NCBI GenBank assembly: GCA_011109175.1
Contig: RDEW01000013.1
Coordinates: 597,221 to 661,220, forward strand
Direction of reading: 5' to 3'
DNA length: 64,000 nucleotides
Source of the DNA: Dicyema japonicum
Lineage: Eukaryota > Animalia > Dicyemida
Positions 12,548 through 25,200 of the stretch are shown piece after piece. A program made the position numbers and the translations under genes. The stretch's first letter is position 1. The number at the start of each line of letters is the position of its first letter. A model generated the notes under the pieces. That model made no database searches, was not told the DNA's origin, and saw only the letters and a list, made by a program, of their open reading frames with translations.

Positions 12548-15500
12548 ATGTCTTCAGCCAACAATAGAATTTCTTGTGCTCTCACAAAATTGAAAATTCA
12601 CGAATTGGTATTTTCTCATTTACCATTTGAGAATGAACCTCAAGACAAAGTGAACATCTTGAGTAACCAACGAAAGTGCCAGGTTTGTTTTGATAGCTTA
12701 GTACAAAACAGCCAACATTCAGAGTACCAATCGATATTCTAATCGACGAAATATCTGTCATTTTGCACAACAAAGTATAAACCGTTACAACTTTAGAATT
12801 GCAAGTTCCACGCTTTGTTGGACAAATTAAAGGCGATGGACCTTCTCGTGAGAAACGACACAAATTTGTAATTTTTGGTTGTAACTCAGATTTATTTATG
12901 ACTTTATTTCTGCCAAGGTGAACGGGATTTACTTTCTCTCGAAGATTGTCGGATTTTTACTCATCGAATTGTATTTCGATATTTTACGTAAAGTGGCAAA
13001 TTCAAGGATAGCAGGCAAAACTCAAAATCTCTTAAAAAGGGAGAAAGTATCGTCGACTGCACGTGTCTTCTTGTCGACATATTTAGTGAGATGGTCGATA
13101 ATTCCGTAATTTGTTGGTTTCACTTCAGGTTGGGCTTTCTCAAATCAGAAAAATTGAGAATCTCCTACAAATTTTTCTGATGCTTTTATTCGCCGGAAAT
13201 ACCAGGTTTGCCAAAAAATGAAAATTTAGAATAACAACTTCTGTTTTGAGATTTCTGACAAGACTCTGCCTCCAGAATGAAGTGAACCTAGTAACCTGTG
13301 GAATCATTAACTTATATGAGGTCCCAAATATTTTATTCCAGGAAAACTGTGAGAAGTATAACTTCACAAAAATTTACGAAACAGCGGATAAGCAGAATGT
13401 GAGTTTATCAGTAATTTTCACTTTAATTTGAGATTTCGTTAGTAAAATTCGTCGAAATACTGGTGGACCGACAGGAGGTTCACTCCACTCGAGTGAAGCT
13501 GAAGCATCACTTAAACTACAGTCGTTATAAGCATACCTTGAATGTGAGTCTGAACCGTAATTTTAGAAACTGAAAAAGACTTTGAACAAAAATTTAAAAA
13601 TGAAAATATCAGAAATCATCAATAAGAGTGAAAAATTCAAAATCAAAAATATCCCAATCGACCATCTACAGAATGAACTCCTAAGCCTTGAGAGGGAGTA
13701 CTCTAATGTTTGATTACTTCTAATTTAAGTCTTTGTGTATTATTGATGAGATTAAAGGCTCCACGAAACTTTGCAATTCTGCGAAGGACCATATTTTTCT
13801 TAACTTTGTAGTTTTTGTAAATTACATAGGCGAAATCGAAACCCAAAAAAATGAGTGAATTGAGTATCTCAGAGTGCCAATCTAAAGAATCTCATGAAGA
13901 CGAGTCACAGAGCGAAGAGGATAACTGTCTGAACATAAATCCAGACATTTTTACCACAGATGACGAAATTTCAAACTTTATAAGAGTTCCATTAAAAAAG
14001 GAACCTTCTAATGCCGTTGTTGAAGGTTCCCAATATTGCAAAATCTGAAACTATCAAAGAAATCATTACAACCTCAAGAAATCAGTACTTCTGAAGATAT
14101 CGACACCACCTTCATAAAATCCAATGCCTCCAAAGAGATCACTTCCAATGGATTGAATCAAACAACAATACGATTGAAGACATAGGCGACAAGATACAAG
14201 AGAATATCAGCGATGTCTCAGTCAAGAATGATAAAACATCCCCACAAGAAAAAAATATGAATGTTAAAGAATGTCTGATTCTGCCAACTCTTAAAATTTT
14301 CCTTCCCCCACCGCCTTTGCTAGGGAAAAGCATCAAAAAGGTGGAAAGCAAGAACAAAATCCTGACCCCTTCCACGGCAATGAAAATAGATTCAGACGTC
14401 TTAACCTCAGATGACGAAATTTCAAACTTTATAACATCCCCGTTAACAAAGGAACCTTCAAATGCAGTTGTTGAAGGTTCCCCCAATATTTCAAAATCTG
14501 AAACTATCAAAAAAATCAATACAACCCCAGGAAATTATACGTCTGAAGATATCGAGACCACCCTCATAAATTCCAATTCCTCCAAAGAGATCACTTCCAA
14601 TGGATTGAATCAAACAAACAATACGATTGAAGAGATAGGCAACGAGATACAAGAGAATATCTGTGATGTCTCAGTCAAGAATGATAAAACATCCCCACAA
14701 GAAAAAAATATGAAAGTTAAAGAATGTCTAATTCTGCCAACTCTTAAAATTTTCCTTCGCCCACCGCCTTTGCTAGGAGAAAGCATCAAAAAGGTGGAAA
14801 GCAATAACAAAATTCCGACCCCGTCCAAGTCAATGAGATTATTCCACTGGACTTCAATTATTTCCGACGAAATCAAAGACACCATCTTCTACAACAACAA
14901 CGAGGATATGCTCTATAAAGTTTAAATTCGATTTTACCTAGAAAATTGATCTAAAGTCGTTCACGGACAGTTTTTACTCCCAAGTCAACAGCATTGAAAA
15001 AGAATCAAAGAGAGATTTCAGCTCAAAGAAAATGTCTCTTCTTTCTGCAGACAGACTTCGTAGCATCGGTTTTGTCTTAAGTAATTTAAAGCGATCGCCA
15101 AACGAACTGTAGGCAACCACCTATTCGGAGACCTTGAAGCAATCAACAAATGTGATTGGAACTACTGCCGAATTGGTGATCTCGAAGTTCTCAGACAAAT
15201 CATTCCGACAGAAGATGAGGTCATATTATAACCTGATCCCTAGAAAGCTCTCTACAAGGACTATATAGGAAAACCAGCGCTCATAGAGACACTTTCTGAT
15301 AAAGACAAATTTTTCATTCGAGTAATTTTCCATTGGTTTACTTAGCTTGTCGAAATTGATGACTTTGAAGCTAAACTGAAGTGTTTGTTCTTTATGGCGT
15401 ACTTTGATGATTCCTACGGGTCTCTACTAAAGGTACCATAGTAAAATCATCTCAAGGAAACTGAAATGATGAAAAACGTTCTAAATAGTATAATCAGGTC

Positions 15501-16178
15501 CGAGAAACTCCCGGAAGTTATGAAAGTAGTCTTATCGTTAAATTAGATAATCCTGGCTTTGGGGAATTTCATGAACTACGGAAAGAAGGAAACGATATCA
15601 GGATTCCGCATTAAATGCTTAGAAAAGGTGACCCTCCTCTTTAAATCTCTAGATGGTCACGATCAAGTCCCCAAATCAAGAAACAACTTTTTTGGATTAT
15701 CTAGTGAGGCTCATCAAAAGATCATTCAACCACCTATACGAGTTTTGTGATGAATTTTCTGAGTTATCGAAAATGCTGGCTTCTGGCTGTATGCATTTGT
15801 CCTTATTGCAGTGACGGTCGAAAATATTGCCGCTAATTTTCAGGAAATGAAAAGTTTTTATGAAGTTATAAAAAATAAACACAAGGGAGACCAAAACTCA
15901 GCGAATTTACATACCTTCGTAGCAGCCAACCAAGACTTGATGTCTTCCTTAGCCCTAAAAGTGATGGAAGTGAAGGTAGATTGGCCATAATTTTGTAGAA
16001 TTTATCGAATCAAGTAATTTTTTATTTTGGGGAATCTCCCGAGAAAACAAAACTGGCGGAGATTTTAAAGAGTCTCGAATTTTTTATTGAGCAATTTAAA
16101 GTTTTAATAGTAATTATTGTAGCAATCTCAAATCAGATATAGAAAAGACTACCTCAAAAAATAAAGTATTTTCTAAGT
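12548..16178 (+). CDS. Formin (GBD/FH3, short FH1, FH2; FMNL/DAAM-like), many tiny introns, some frameshifts
   Basis: Spliced FH2: PSKSMRLFHWTSI, IPTEDE/KALYKDY, IILALGNFMNYG..GFRIKCLEK/MVTIKS..TT; PPPPLLG FH1 motifs; GT-AG introns 15220-15243, 15322-15345, 15433-15456, 15526-15546, 15628-15652, 15789-15811. Confidence 0.88.
13931..14833 (+). repeat. Intragenic tandem duplication (~450 bp x2) in the formin FH1 linker
   Basis: GATGACGAAATTTCAAACTTTATAA near 13959 and 14410; each unit ends in IFL(P/R)PPPLLG..IKKVES. Confidence 0.9.
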
Positions 16179-16289
16179 AGATTAATTAATTATAAATAAT
16201 TCTGTTATTTTTCGATTTATTTTGTGTCACAGTTCTATAAATCGCTAAAAAATTTATTTAAATATAGGTTTGCCATTAAAAAATTGCTT

Positions 16290-16460
16290 TTGTTTTGTAC
16301 CGGTGGCAATCGAAACGTCTGGTGCTGCGGGGAGTATCACAGCCTCTTTTCTGAAGGAAATCGGGGGGAAATTGGCCCATCGTAAAAAAACGTCCTGGAA
16401 GCGGTCTGGCTAAAGCAGCGAATTGGGATTGCAATACTTTGCTTCCATACTCCTCGTATA
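16290..16460 (+). pseudogene. CRE/Utopia-like RLE domain C-terminal fragment
   Basis: FVPVAIETSGAAG...FLKEIGGKL...WLKQRIGIAI matches FVP.AVET.G.WG..F..ELG..QR.S.A. Confidence 0.7.
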
Positions 16461-17115
16461 CCTAATATGAAATTTTTAACTCTATAAAAATTATTCTTCT
16501 ATATTTTCGCCGCCATTTTCAGGTTCTATGCAATAAATCGGATAATTTTTCTCCACTACACAGTATTTCGCAGCATCCAAACCATCATGCAGTGCAGTGG
16601 TTCTCTACCTTTTTTAATCGACTTTTATCTTCATTAATTTGATCCCCAGAACTGTGAAAGGTTTTCACTCTTGAATTTGATTTTGACTTCATTTTTTAAT
16701 TCAATTAATTCTTGAAATTATTCGTCGCAATTATACGAATCTGGTACAAAAAGATTAATCATCTAATCTGAACATTTTAAATTTATCAAGTCGGAAAATC
16801 TTTTTTTCAAATTACGGGCCAAAGATTGTTCAATGTCATACATTTCATCAATTCTTCCTATTGTGTCATTGCTTAATGGGATGGTCTTCAGTATGTTTGA
16901 AGAATCTTTTTGTAAATTTCGAAAATAAATGAATCTAAACAAAGGAGAATAACACTCTCTGCTATCGAATGAGGATTACCTACAAATTAAAATAAGTTAA
17001 ATTACCATTTTTTGCAATTATCTCTGCAACTTTGCATGAATAAAATAGTCCAGAAACATTTTGAAGTATACTTTTATTATTATTAATAGCATGTCCTAAA
17101 CACTGAACAATCTTT

Positions 17116-17380
17116 GAGTCGGGTGGCATAGTGGTTAGGTGTCGGGCTAAAGTGGCTTAGTCACGAGTTAGATTCTCACTGCTGTGCACCTGGTGGAAGG
17201 TTCCACGCATCTACGATGCGAAAAGGGCTTGAAGAGTGACGCCGTCATCAGTGGAGATTCACTGCGGAACTGGATAGTCAAAAGGACATACACACAAGAA
17301 AAAGAAAAAAACAAAGAAGAGAAGATCATTCCTTGGTTCTCCCTCTACGATTAGTTATAATAACTTTCTTTACTTATTAT
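17116..17380 (+). mobile_element. tRNA-derived SINE, family B (full-length candidate)
   Basis: A-box TGGCATAGTGG (17124-17134), degenerate B-box GAGTTAGATTCTC (17165-17177); body matches 50571-50709. Confidence 0.7.
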
Positions 17381-17389
17381 TTAATGTCC

Positions 17390-17810
17390 GCGAAACCAGA
17401 ATAGTGAACTAATTCGAGATTCCAATTTTGCCATGCATCTATGGATACGCGCTGTAAGTCGTTTTCATCCTCCTCTGTTTCTCGCAACCGCCCTCAGGTC
17501 ATCCAGATCCTCTCCTGTTTTCAGCTTTCTTCTTATCAAAGTGAGTCTTTGTAGAGCGTCGACGGCAACTGTCCTTTGTCGACCTCGATAAGTTGTTTTG
17601 TTTAATATAGAGAAGTATGATTCCATGGCCTGATTGGCCGCTGCCAATTCCGAAGGTCTTAGGATATGTCCAAAGAGCTGCCATTTCGCCCAAGTCACTT
17701 TATTCCCAATCTGTGTTGTTTGAGTGAGTCTGTAAAGCTCGTCGTTGGTCAGGTGGTGACGTGCCTTTTTTCCACAAGATGTCTTTTTCATGAATTCAAT
17801 CTTCCATGTT
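17390..17810 (-). mobile_element. RTE-clade LINE 3' end
   Basis: WQLFGHILR...RGRQRT...LDDLRAVARNRGG, a typical RTE ORF2 C-terminus. Confidence 0.75.
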
Positions 17811-18364
17811 CTCTATTGGATCATTCAATGTGAGAGGACTAACATCATACGAAAAAAGACTTTACTAAAAAAAGTTAAAATGTTTTTATTTTCATGATTT
17901 TTTTAATTTAACAAAAATTCTGTTTTTTTTACAATTGAATTGGGATGTTTTAGCTGTTCGATTAAGCGATGTCTTTGTTGCCTCATTAGAAAAGACTGTA
18001 CCACATTGCAAAAAATAGGTTTATGAGGATCCTGAGGATTTTTAATAAATCCAAAGAAATAGCAAGTATTAAATTCTCATTTAATAATTTGTCGTCTTCA
18101 CACAACTTAACTTGTGCTCAGTCTAAAATTAATCTAAACGATTTAATTACTCCAATGGATTTGAGTTTCAACTCAATATTTTCAACACAAAAGAATCGTA
18201 ACTGCCCCTATAATGAGTTCCTTCTTCAAAAATAAAATTTCCAGCTATTTTCGTTAAACGATCCCTTTCTCGTCTTGAGATGTTTAATTCCTCCTTCATT
18301 TCCTTTATTTTTTCCTTGGTTTCTCTTAAAATTTGCACCAGACGCATTTCAGCACGCTTAAATT

Positions 18365-18588
18365 AAATTATTCCAAAAACCAAGGGTAACCAAACTAAAT
18401 AACTCCTCGATCCTGACTAGTTCTAGCGTTCCAGAACTTGTCTCCAGGTAACGGATAGTGGATCCTCTTGATGCCGACCAGGCACTGGGAGTCTCCTCAG
18501 TAAAGTGGATCCAATGACGCAATCAAAGGGATGGAAAATAATTTTTGACATACTAGCCACATGGCACCACATAGAGCCACACAGCCAA
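18365..18588 (-). mobile_element. SINE-like family A copy
   Basis: Homologous to 49148-49385 and 20990-21256; imperfect TSD ACGCT(T)AAATT / ACGCTAATTT; tail TTAGTTTGGTTACCCTTGGT. Confidence 0.75.
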
Positions 18589-18849
18589 ACGCTAATTTAA
18601 TTAATTAATTTTATATACATTTATTTATCAATTAATACTATTTGTAAATTCCAATGGTTTTTAAATATTCTTAATATTTTTTAATTCATTCTGTGGACAG
18701 TGACGATTTATCAGACTGTGACATTTTTTACTAAACTTGATTAATTGATTGTGACCGGTTGAGAATGTGCCGAGGTTATTAAGTCGATATTTAGTAATAG
18801 TTGCATTATCTACTTGGCAGGTGCTAGTTTGAATCTCGCTGTACATTCT

Positions 18850-19450
18850 CTCATTGATCTACTCAAAATAAGTTGTGTCCTGTCTGGGAGGACCTATAGC
18901 TAACATGGCTCTCCGTAAAGTGCAGTAACTACTTCTCAACATAAAGTCAAACGTAGCGATGGTTAATTTTATTACCAAAGGAAAGTAAGAATGTATTTTG
19001 GTTTCTTGTAACACAAGTCCTCCCATAGCTTGGAGTCTCTTCTGCGACCTCATATCCCTCTTATGCTGCGATATATGAATCAATGATCGCATTTCTTTTC
19101 AGAAACTTTGCCATCCTTTTCTCTGATCGACACTAATATCCGATCTTCATCTTCATCCAAAGTCTCGACGAGCCTTTTGTGTAGGGAAATCTTGATCCCT
19201 GCTCTCCTCGATTTTTCAAGAACTGAGATAACATGCTCCTTGTATTCAGTGTAATTCCATCCTTAAAGTCCACAAAAAGCGTTGGAATGATGTGGAAAAG
19301 ATCACATGGTGTACTTTCTCCTTCGGAGGTTAAGTCGTATAACGTACCCCCAGTTTTCTCAAAAGCTGTTAAAGATACTTCGGGGATTTCACAGTATTGA
19401 TTCCACATAGAGAACTTTGCTAACGATTTTTTTCATTTCGATCGAAAAAC
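18850..19450 (-). CDS. Unidentified coding exons, weak GST-fold resemblance
   Basis: ORFs 19133-19408 (IIPTLFVDFKDGITLNTRSMLSQFL) and 18859-19092 (LTIATFDFML); similarity judged by eye only. Confidence 0.25.
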
Positions 19451-19479
19451 TGTTTTTCATTAGATTTTTCTGACAACTT

Positions 19480-19950
19480 CAATCCTTAGAGACCGCATCA
19501 GTCTCCTACCTCTTCCATATATACATTTAGTCTCCTGTCCAAGGTCACACTCGATCTCGACTAGTCAGACAGTAGTACATCGTCTGCGTTTATCAGCGAT
19601 CTATTACATGGTGATTCGAAAATGGGGGACCTGCCATCAGAAAGTTAAAAGGATCAAATGGATCCTACTGACTCCTTCGGCCTTCATGTCAGAGACAACT
19701 GATCGATTATGGCTCAGTGGCGATTATGGCTCATTGTCAAACGCTTTTGACATATTCAAGAATTATTTGTAGTCTCTGGCTTTGCACAACTTGGAGTCCA
19801 TACAATCGTTTTCTTCCACTTGTGTGGAATATGACCAATCTTCATGATTGCTTTGAACATGTTTGTGAGAAATTTGAATAGATTTGAGGTTCGACAGATT
19901 CGCCGTGGGCTCCGACGTCTTCATTACTCTTGGTCACATAACGTTGACAC
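19480..19950 (-). pseudogene. Degenerate LINE RT fragment
   Basis: MFKAIMKIGHIPHKWKKT, MSKAFD and NADDVLL motifs across frameshifts. Confidence 0.55.
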
Positions 19951-20989
19951 TAACTAATTACGTACAATGCTGTGAAAATAGTCCCCTCGATGATAAAGTT
20001 ATAACTTATGGCGTCCAATAACTAGTCTTTGACCTGTGCAACAGAAAGCTTTTTGTAGAATCAATGACAATTGGTCCGGTGGAGCCCATATTCACTTAAA
20101 CCTTGTATAGGTCTCTGACATTTACATTCACTACATAACTGAAATTAAGTATCCATTGATTCCATTGACATCTATCCTCCTCTGTCTTATTTTTTAAAAG
20201 CAAGAGTTTTTTAAACTTTTGTAGTCGGGATTATATGCCGATATCAATATATGCATTTATCGAATGGTTTTAACGTGTCATTCAATATTAACATGTTAAT
20301 GTGTAAATTATTTAATTTCTGAGTTTTTAGTCAATTTCTCTCGCTAGAACTAGTCAGTTTTTGATTCAATTTTTAAATTTTGTTATCTCAGTTTGTTTAA
20401 CCAAGACAGTTTTCATGTGGCCTAAGAGTATTTCGGCAGTCAGAAATGAATTGGACTACTTTGACTAGTGAGTTATGGTTAAGTGTAGAAATCATGTTGA
20501 AAGGGGTAAGTGCGATGTATTTGAATATCTTTTGAAGGAGCTGTTTTTCCAAAACACCAGAAAGTACAGGGATAGTGAAGACCGGTAGATAAGAGGAGAG
20601 AAGGTCGGAGGTTTGCTTTTGAAAGAAAATGACATATATGGTTTATTTGTAAGCGGTTATTATGTTTGAAGGATTTTCATCTTCTCAAGGTAATGACAAC
20701 ATTACTTGGTGATATGTGGCTACTTCTTATGTTCCTCTTCTTTCCTTTATAATAGAGTGACGTGATAGGATGGCATGTAAAAGACCATTTGTTTTCCTCC
20801 ACTACACTGGAGGGTTTCAAAAATGAAAGTAATGGATGTGTACCTTGTCATTGAAGGACTATTTCTGTGACAGTGGGAACTGATAAACTTAATTAGTTTT
20901 GTTAACTGTTTACTTTTTTTGGTGTATCTGGGGTTAATAATAATCTCCTCAATGTGGATATACCTCTTGTCTCCTTTTAAATAAAATTA

Positions 20990-21256
20990 TTTCAAAGACC
21001 AAGGGTAAAACAAACTAACGCGTTCCAGCATAACTTTCACCCAAGAACAGTGATCCAGAGGACGATGGCTAGGAAGCTGAGGTCGACTCCAGAGCTCGTC
21101 GCCAGTGAACAAAATTGTCTCCCGGTGGAATGAATAGTTGGATCTTTTTAAATGACGGCCAGGATCGGGTGTCTCCTATGTAAAGTGGATCCAATAACGC
21201 AATCAGAGGAAAGGAAGAGAAATTTTAAACCAATTACCCACATGGCACCACACGAC
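20990..21256 (-). mobile_element. SINE-like family A copy with longer 3' part
   Basis: Core GCGTTATTGGATCCACTTTAC..GGAGAC; 3' part shares TCGTCCTCT..GGATCAC with the LINE 3' UTRs near 28920 and 58170. Confidence 0.7.
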
Positions 21257-22239
21257 TTAAAAAACTTAATAAATCTTATAACGGATTCAACCTATGACAC
21301 ATGGCACCAACGTTAGTGTGGTGCAATGTAGCTACTAGAATTGAAGGTTTTTTGTTTGCTTCTTCTGTTACTCCTCTTCCCTTTTGCTCCAGGGAACTCG
21401 AATTGTTATGCGTCATGTGGTTCTTTTCGGTTTTATTATTTTTCATGATTAATTATGACCAGACATCAAATGCCATTGAAACAAATTGGTATTTTGACTA
21501 AATAAAATAGAGTCAGGAAAAATGTTATAAAAATACTAAAAAATTAGATGGAGTTCCACGTACGGACGGTGACACTATATATGGGGGAACTTTAAAGTAC
21601 AGATTTTGAAATGCAAAATGAACTACGTGAAGCACAAAGTAACGGTGGAGTTCTGCGTGAATAGGACCAAGGTCAAATCAAACAGCGTCGTATCCTAACT
21701 TATAGAGAACGTTTATGAAGTTCCAGTAGTGGTCACAGAGAGAAAAACCTACATGGGGTCACATTTCATTCTAACTGTAGTTTTCTCTAGTACATTAAGA
21801 TGTGGGTTTTATAGTGCCAGAAGACGTATTTCCAATTTCATATAGGGCGTCGGATCTAAATGAATTTTTTGAGGGATTCAAGGACTCGAAAGAGGTCTTA
21901 AAAAAATTTTGGAAGATTCAACTCACCGAATCTGAAAAATGAAAGAGGACGATTTCAAAAGTAAGAAAAAATTTCCGACGACTTTTTCCTTACAATGCTT
22001 AATAAATCTTGTTCACGATTGATTTATAGCGCCCAGCTACAATTGTCGGGCACTCCCATAAATCCTTCATAGAGAGGGGGCCTAAACTAACGAAAATCCC
22101 ATTTGAGGCGAGGTTTCTTGAGCAAGTAAAGTGATTATACTTGGAATATTTGGATGTGGGTTCTTTCTTAAGGAGGGTCCGGGGAAGCTGATCTCCAGAG
22201 TCTGTGAACAATATTCATTAAAGATCAAATTTAGTATTA

Positions 22240-25200
22240 TTACACATTATTAGATATTTCAGAGGTAATCATCTCCCTATATTTTTGTTCGACATTCTCG
22301 ATGACAGGAAGTAATTTTTTGAAGCAAAGTCCGTCAAATTTTCCCTTAAGCAGCCACAACTCCAAATCTCCGTCTCTGTAATGCCTTCTTATTCTGTTCT
22401 CACAAAATGCCAGTATAGCGACAAACAGACACACCTAAATCACCACAGAGTCTACCTCCGTTTGGAGACCATGTACTAAGCAGGCATTTAGAAAATGCAA
22501 GATTTGATGGAAATCCGCGTAATTCCACAGAAGCTGAGTTTGCCAACGTCTAACAACCGCCACAATTGACACGAAGCTGGACTTCAAGGCAATACTCACT
22601 TCAGGGAGTTCAATCTCTGTTATTTTCTCTACCAGACTCCCAACAAAGAGGGAGTCGTTCATAGAATGACTCCAAAACAGATTATGTTGAGGATCATCTC
22701 TCATTCTAACGATTAAAAGAGGATCTCCACCTTAGTAGACATTTCATGGTATCAGAAGGATCTCCCCTTCGTGCTATGAACACGGTCGCAGCAATCCAGT
22801 CGTATCCAGAGGAAATTAAGCTTTTATTATAAAGAGTGAAGATTATTCTCATTAAGTTGTCCACGTGGTTTTCCATTTTTAGATTTAACTGAATATTAAT
22901 ACGAAGGTACCAATCCAAGTCGTTTTCCGTATTCCACGGCGATTTGACTTCCCGTGAGACAGAAATTGTCATTTAATAGATCACTCAAGACCACGTGGTT
23001 GGTGGACTTTGTGGAAAGAACAAATTTCAGAAAATTGATTGAAAGGAGGCAATCCATATCGAAAATCTCACTCAATGTCTAAGAAGACTATAAGCTGTAC
23101 CTTTCCAAAACCTCCTTTTTTTGTGGATTTCTTACTAGAACCATTTGGGTGACAAATAATCTTGTCAGTGGGTCCCCCAACAAAGTCTATTTGCTGAATT
23201 ATTTTCTGTCTTTTTTCGTACAACTCATCGATGACTTCATTTGCCTGAGCAACAAATAAAGCGACAAACTTTCTGGAGACGTCTCATAGGACTGATAAAA
23301 TGGTGATTTGACTCCAAAAAACAAAACATGTCCAAAGAAGAGATCAGGGAATCGAGGATAGAAAGAGCCACATAAAGACTGTCCTCAAAATAAACGACCC
23401 ACTAGATTATTGGTCAATCACAAACGTCGGGGCAATCCACTGTGGTACATAGATGAATAATCTTTGATATATTCCGACTATCCACCAATACAAGGTAGAG
23501 GGAAGGGTAGTGAAACTGAATCGCCTCTATTTGGTTGAAAAATGGAGTTCTCGGATTTTGCAGGACTGTTTCCCCCGGTTGAATGTTCTCGGCTATCAAA
23601 AAAAGTGACCTCATTTTCGCACGTGTCGAAGATATTGGTCGTCAGATATTCAAAATACGACAAATCTTGCATACTTTTCACGCATTTTTTGTTCAAGGCA
23701 AGTCTGGCCAGCAGATTTGTTTGTGTTTCCTTAAATTAACGGAAAGCAGACTTTGTGGGCTGTTTCTTGGAAAAGAATATATTCCAAGAGACTTTGCCTG
23801 AGATTCTCGTCATCTAACAAAATTGATTCCGACGAGGGAAAACGAGAAATAGCATCCACAATGAGGTCCTTCCAATGTTGAAGTTGTTCAAATTCGGTAA
23901 AACCAGACTTCCATAAGTTATAACCTCTACCAAGTCATCAGCAATGGGAGTCAGAGACCTCACGTCTTTCTCCGATAGTCTATTCCACATAGTCAGCAAG
24001 AATTCAATGTATTTTCTCAGAAAGTCTGAATTATCACACAGAATGTCAATTTCGTTAACAATTCGAGGAATGAGAGCTGACATATTAAGAGAAAACCAAC
24101 ACAGAAAGGAATATCCCCCATCACCGTAGTTGTCCAAATCAGCAAATATTTTCATAAAGTAGGATGCGACTGTTTTGTAGAATATGCAAAGTTCCTGCTT
24201 ATTTTGTTCTGTCCCACGTGCTATATGGAGTACAAGTCTCAGATAATATTCGATTTGGTCGTTTCTTAAGGCTGGAATAGAAAATCACGCCTACTCATCA
24301 AATCAGTGTCCCCGTCGGCCGTAGTTTGAAGTGGTTTCAAAAAGTGCTCATTTTCAGCCAAAGATGGCAAAATCAAGGAAGCAGTCTACCAATCAATGAA
24401 CACTCAGCCTTGTTGTTTCCAGATATCGAGATCAGGTAAGATTCCACGTTGGTTCTCATGCTCACAATATCACAATCGGTGTTTTCCGTTATTGCTACGT
24501 TATTTATCTGCAGAATGACAGATTCTAGTGAATTCCCCATTTTACGACACTACAAATACAGAAAACCCCTACTTCTGCTTGGATGAGGCTTATCCCCTTG
24601 GAGTACGAGATCAGGTAGAAGAGAACGTTTACCATAAAGTAATATTTCAAGTAAGCGGACTGTTGTGGGCTATATCTCCCGATAATACGGTCTAATAGAT
24701 TAAAGCTGAAGTTACTGTCAATATTTGCAGTTCCAGTGAAGAAATTAATCAGATTCTGGACGAGGGATGAATTCTGCAGCAAAAAATTGTAAATTATGGT
24801 TCTAAAATGCTACCAGTCATTACCTGCTGTAGTTCACGTGAAGCCATCTTTTCAGCCATTTGACTTCGCAATCAACCAAAGCCAATGGTAACACGTGTTC
24901 GTCACAGGAAAGTACTTGTTTCATTTGTAAGCAAATTACTCGTTCAGAGAAACTAAAAATTACACATTTTGTACTTTCTAGAAAGTCTCAACCACATGGA
25001 GGGTAGCTCAGTGCAGTACCGAGATACGAGATACGCCATTTCAATGCACTCAAAGTCACTTGATCCAAATGTGTCAATATTATTAGTGAGGATCTCGAAC
25101 ACATCGGCTGATTGAATGGCCATACTGGAGAGACATTTGGTTAAGAATTTAAGGGATAGTCTGGAAGTCGTAGGTGATGATAAATATTGCCGCAAATAGT

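Larger units (their letters stand above)
16760..18090 (-). mobile_element. hAT Buster transposase remnant interrupted by nested SINE and RTE insertions
   Basis: FGFIKNPQDPHKP..CGTVFSNEATK (17930-18090) and PHSIAES..LKTIPLSNDTIGRI (16760-17000). Confidence 0.65.

Noticed and set aside
17244-17265. CTGATGA on the minus strand of SINE B as a hammerhead core
   Set aside because: The motif is sequestered in the CAGTG/CACTG hairpin and no GAAA or stems II/III follow.
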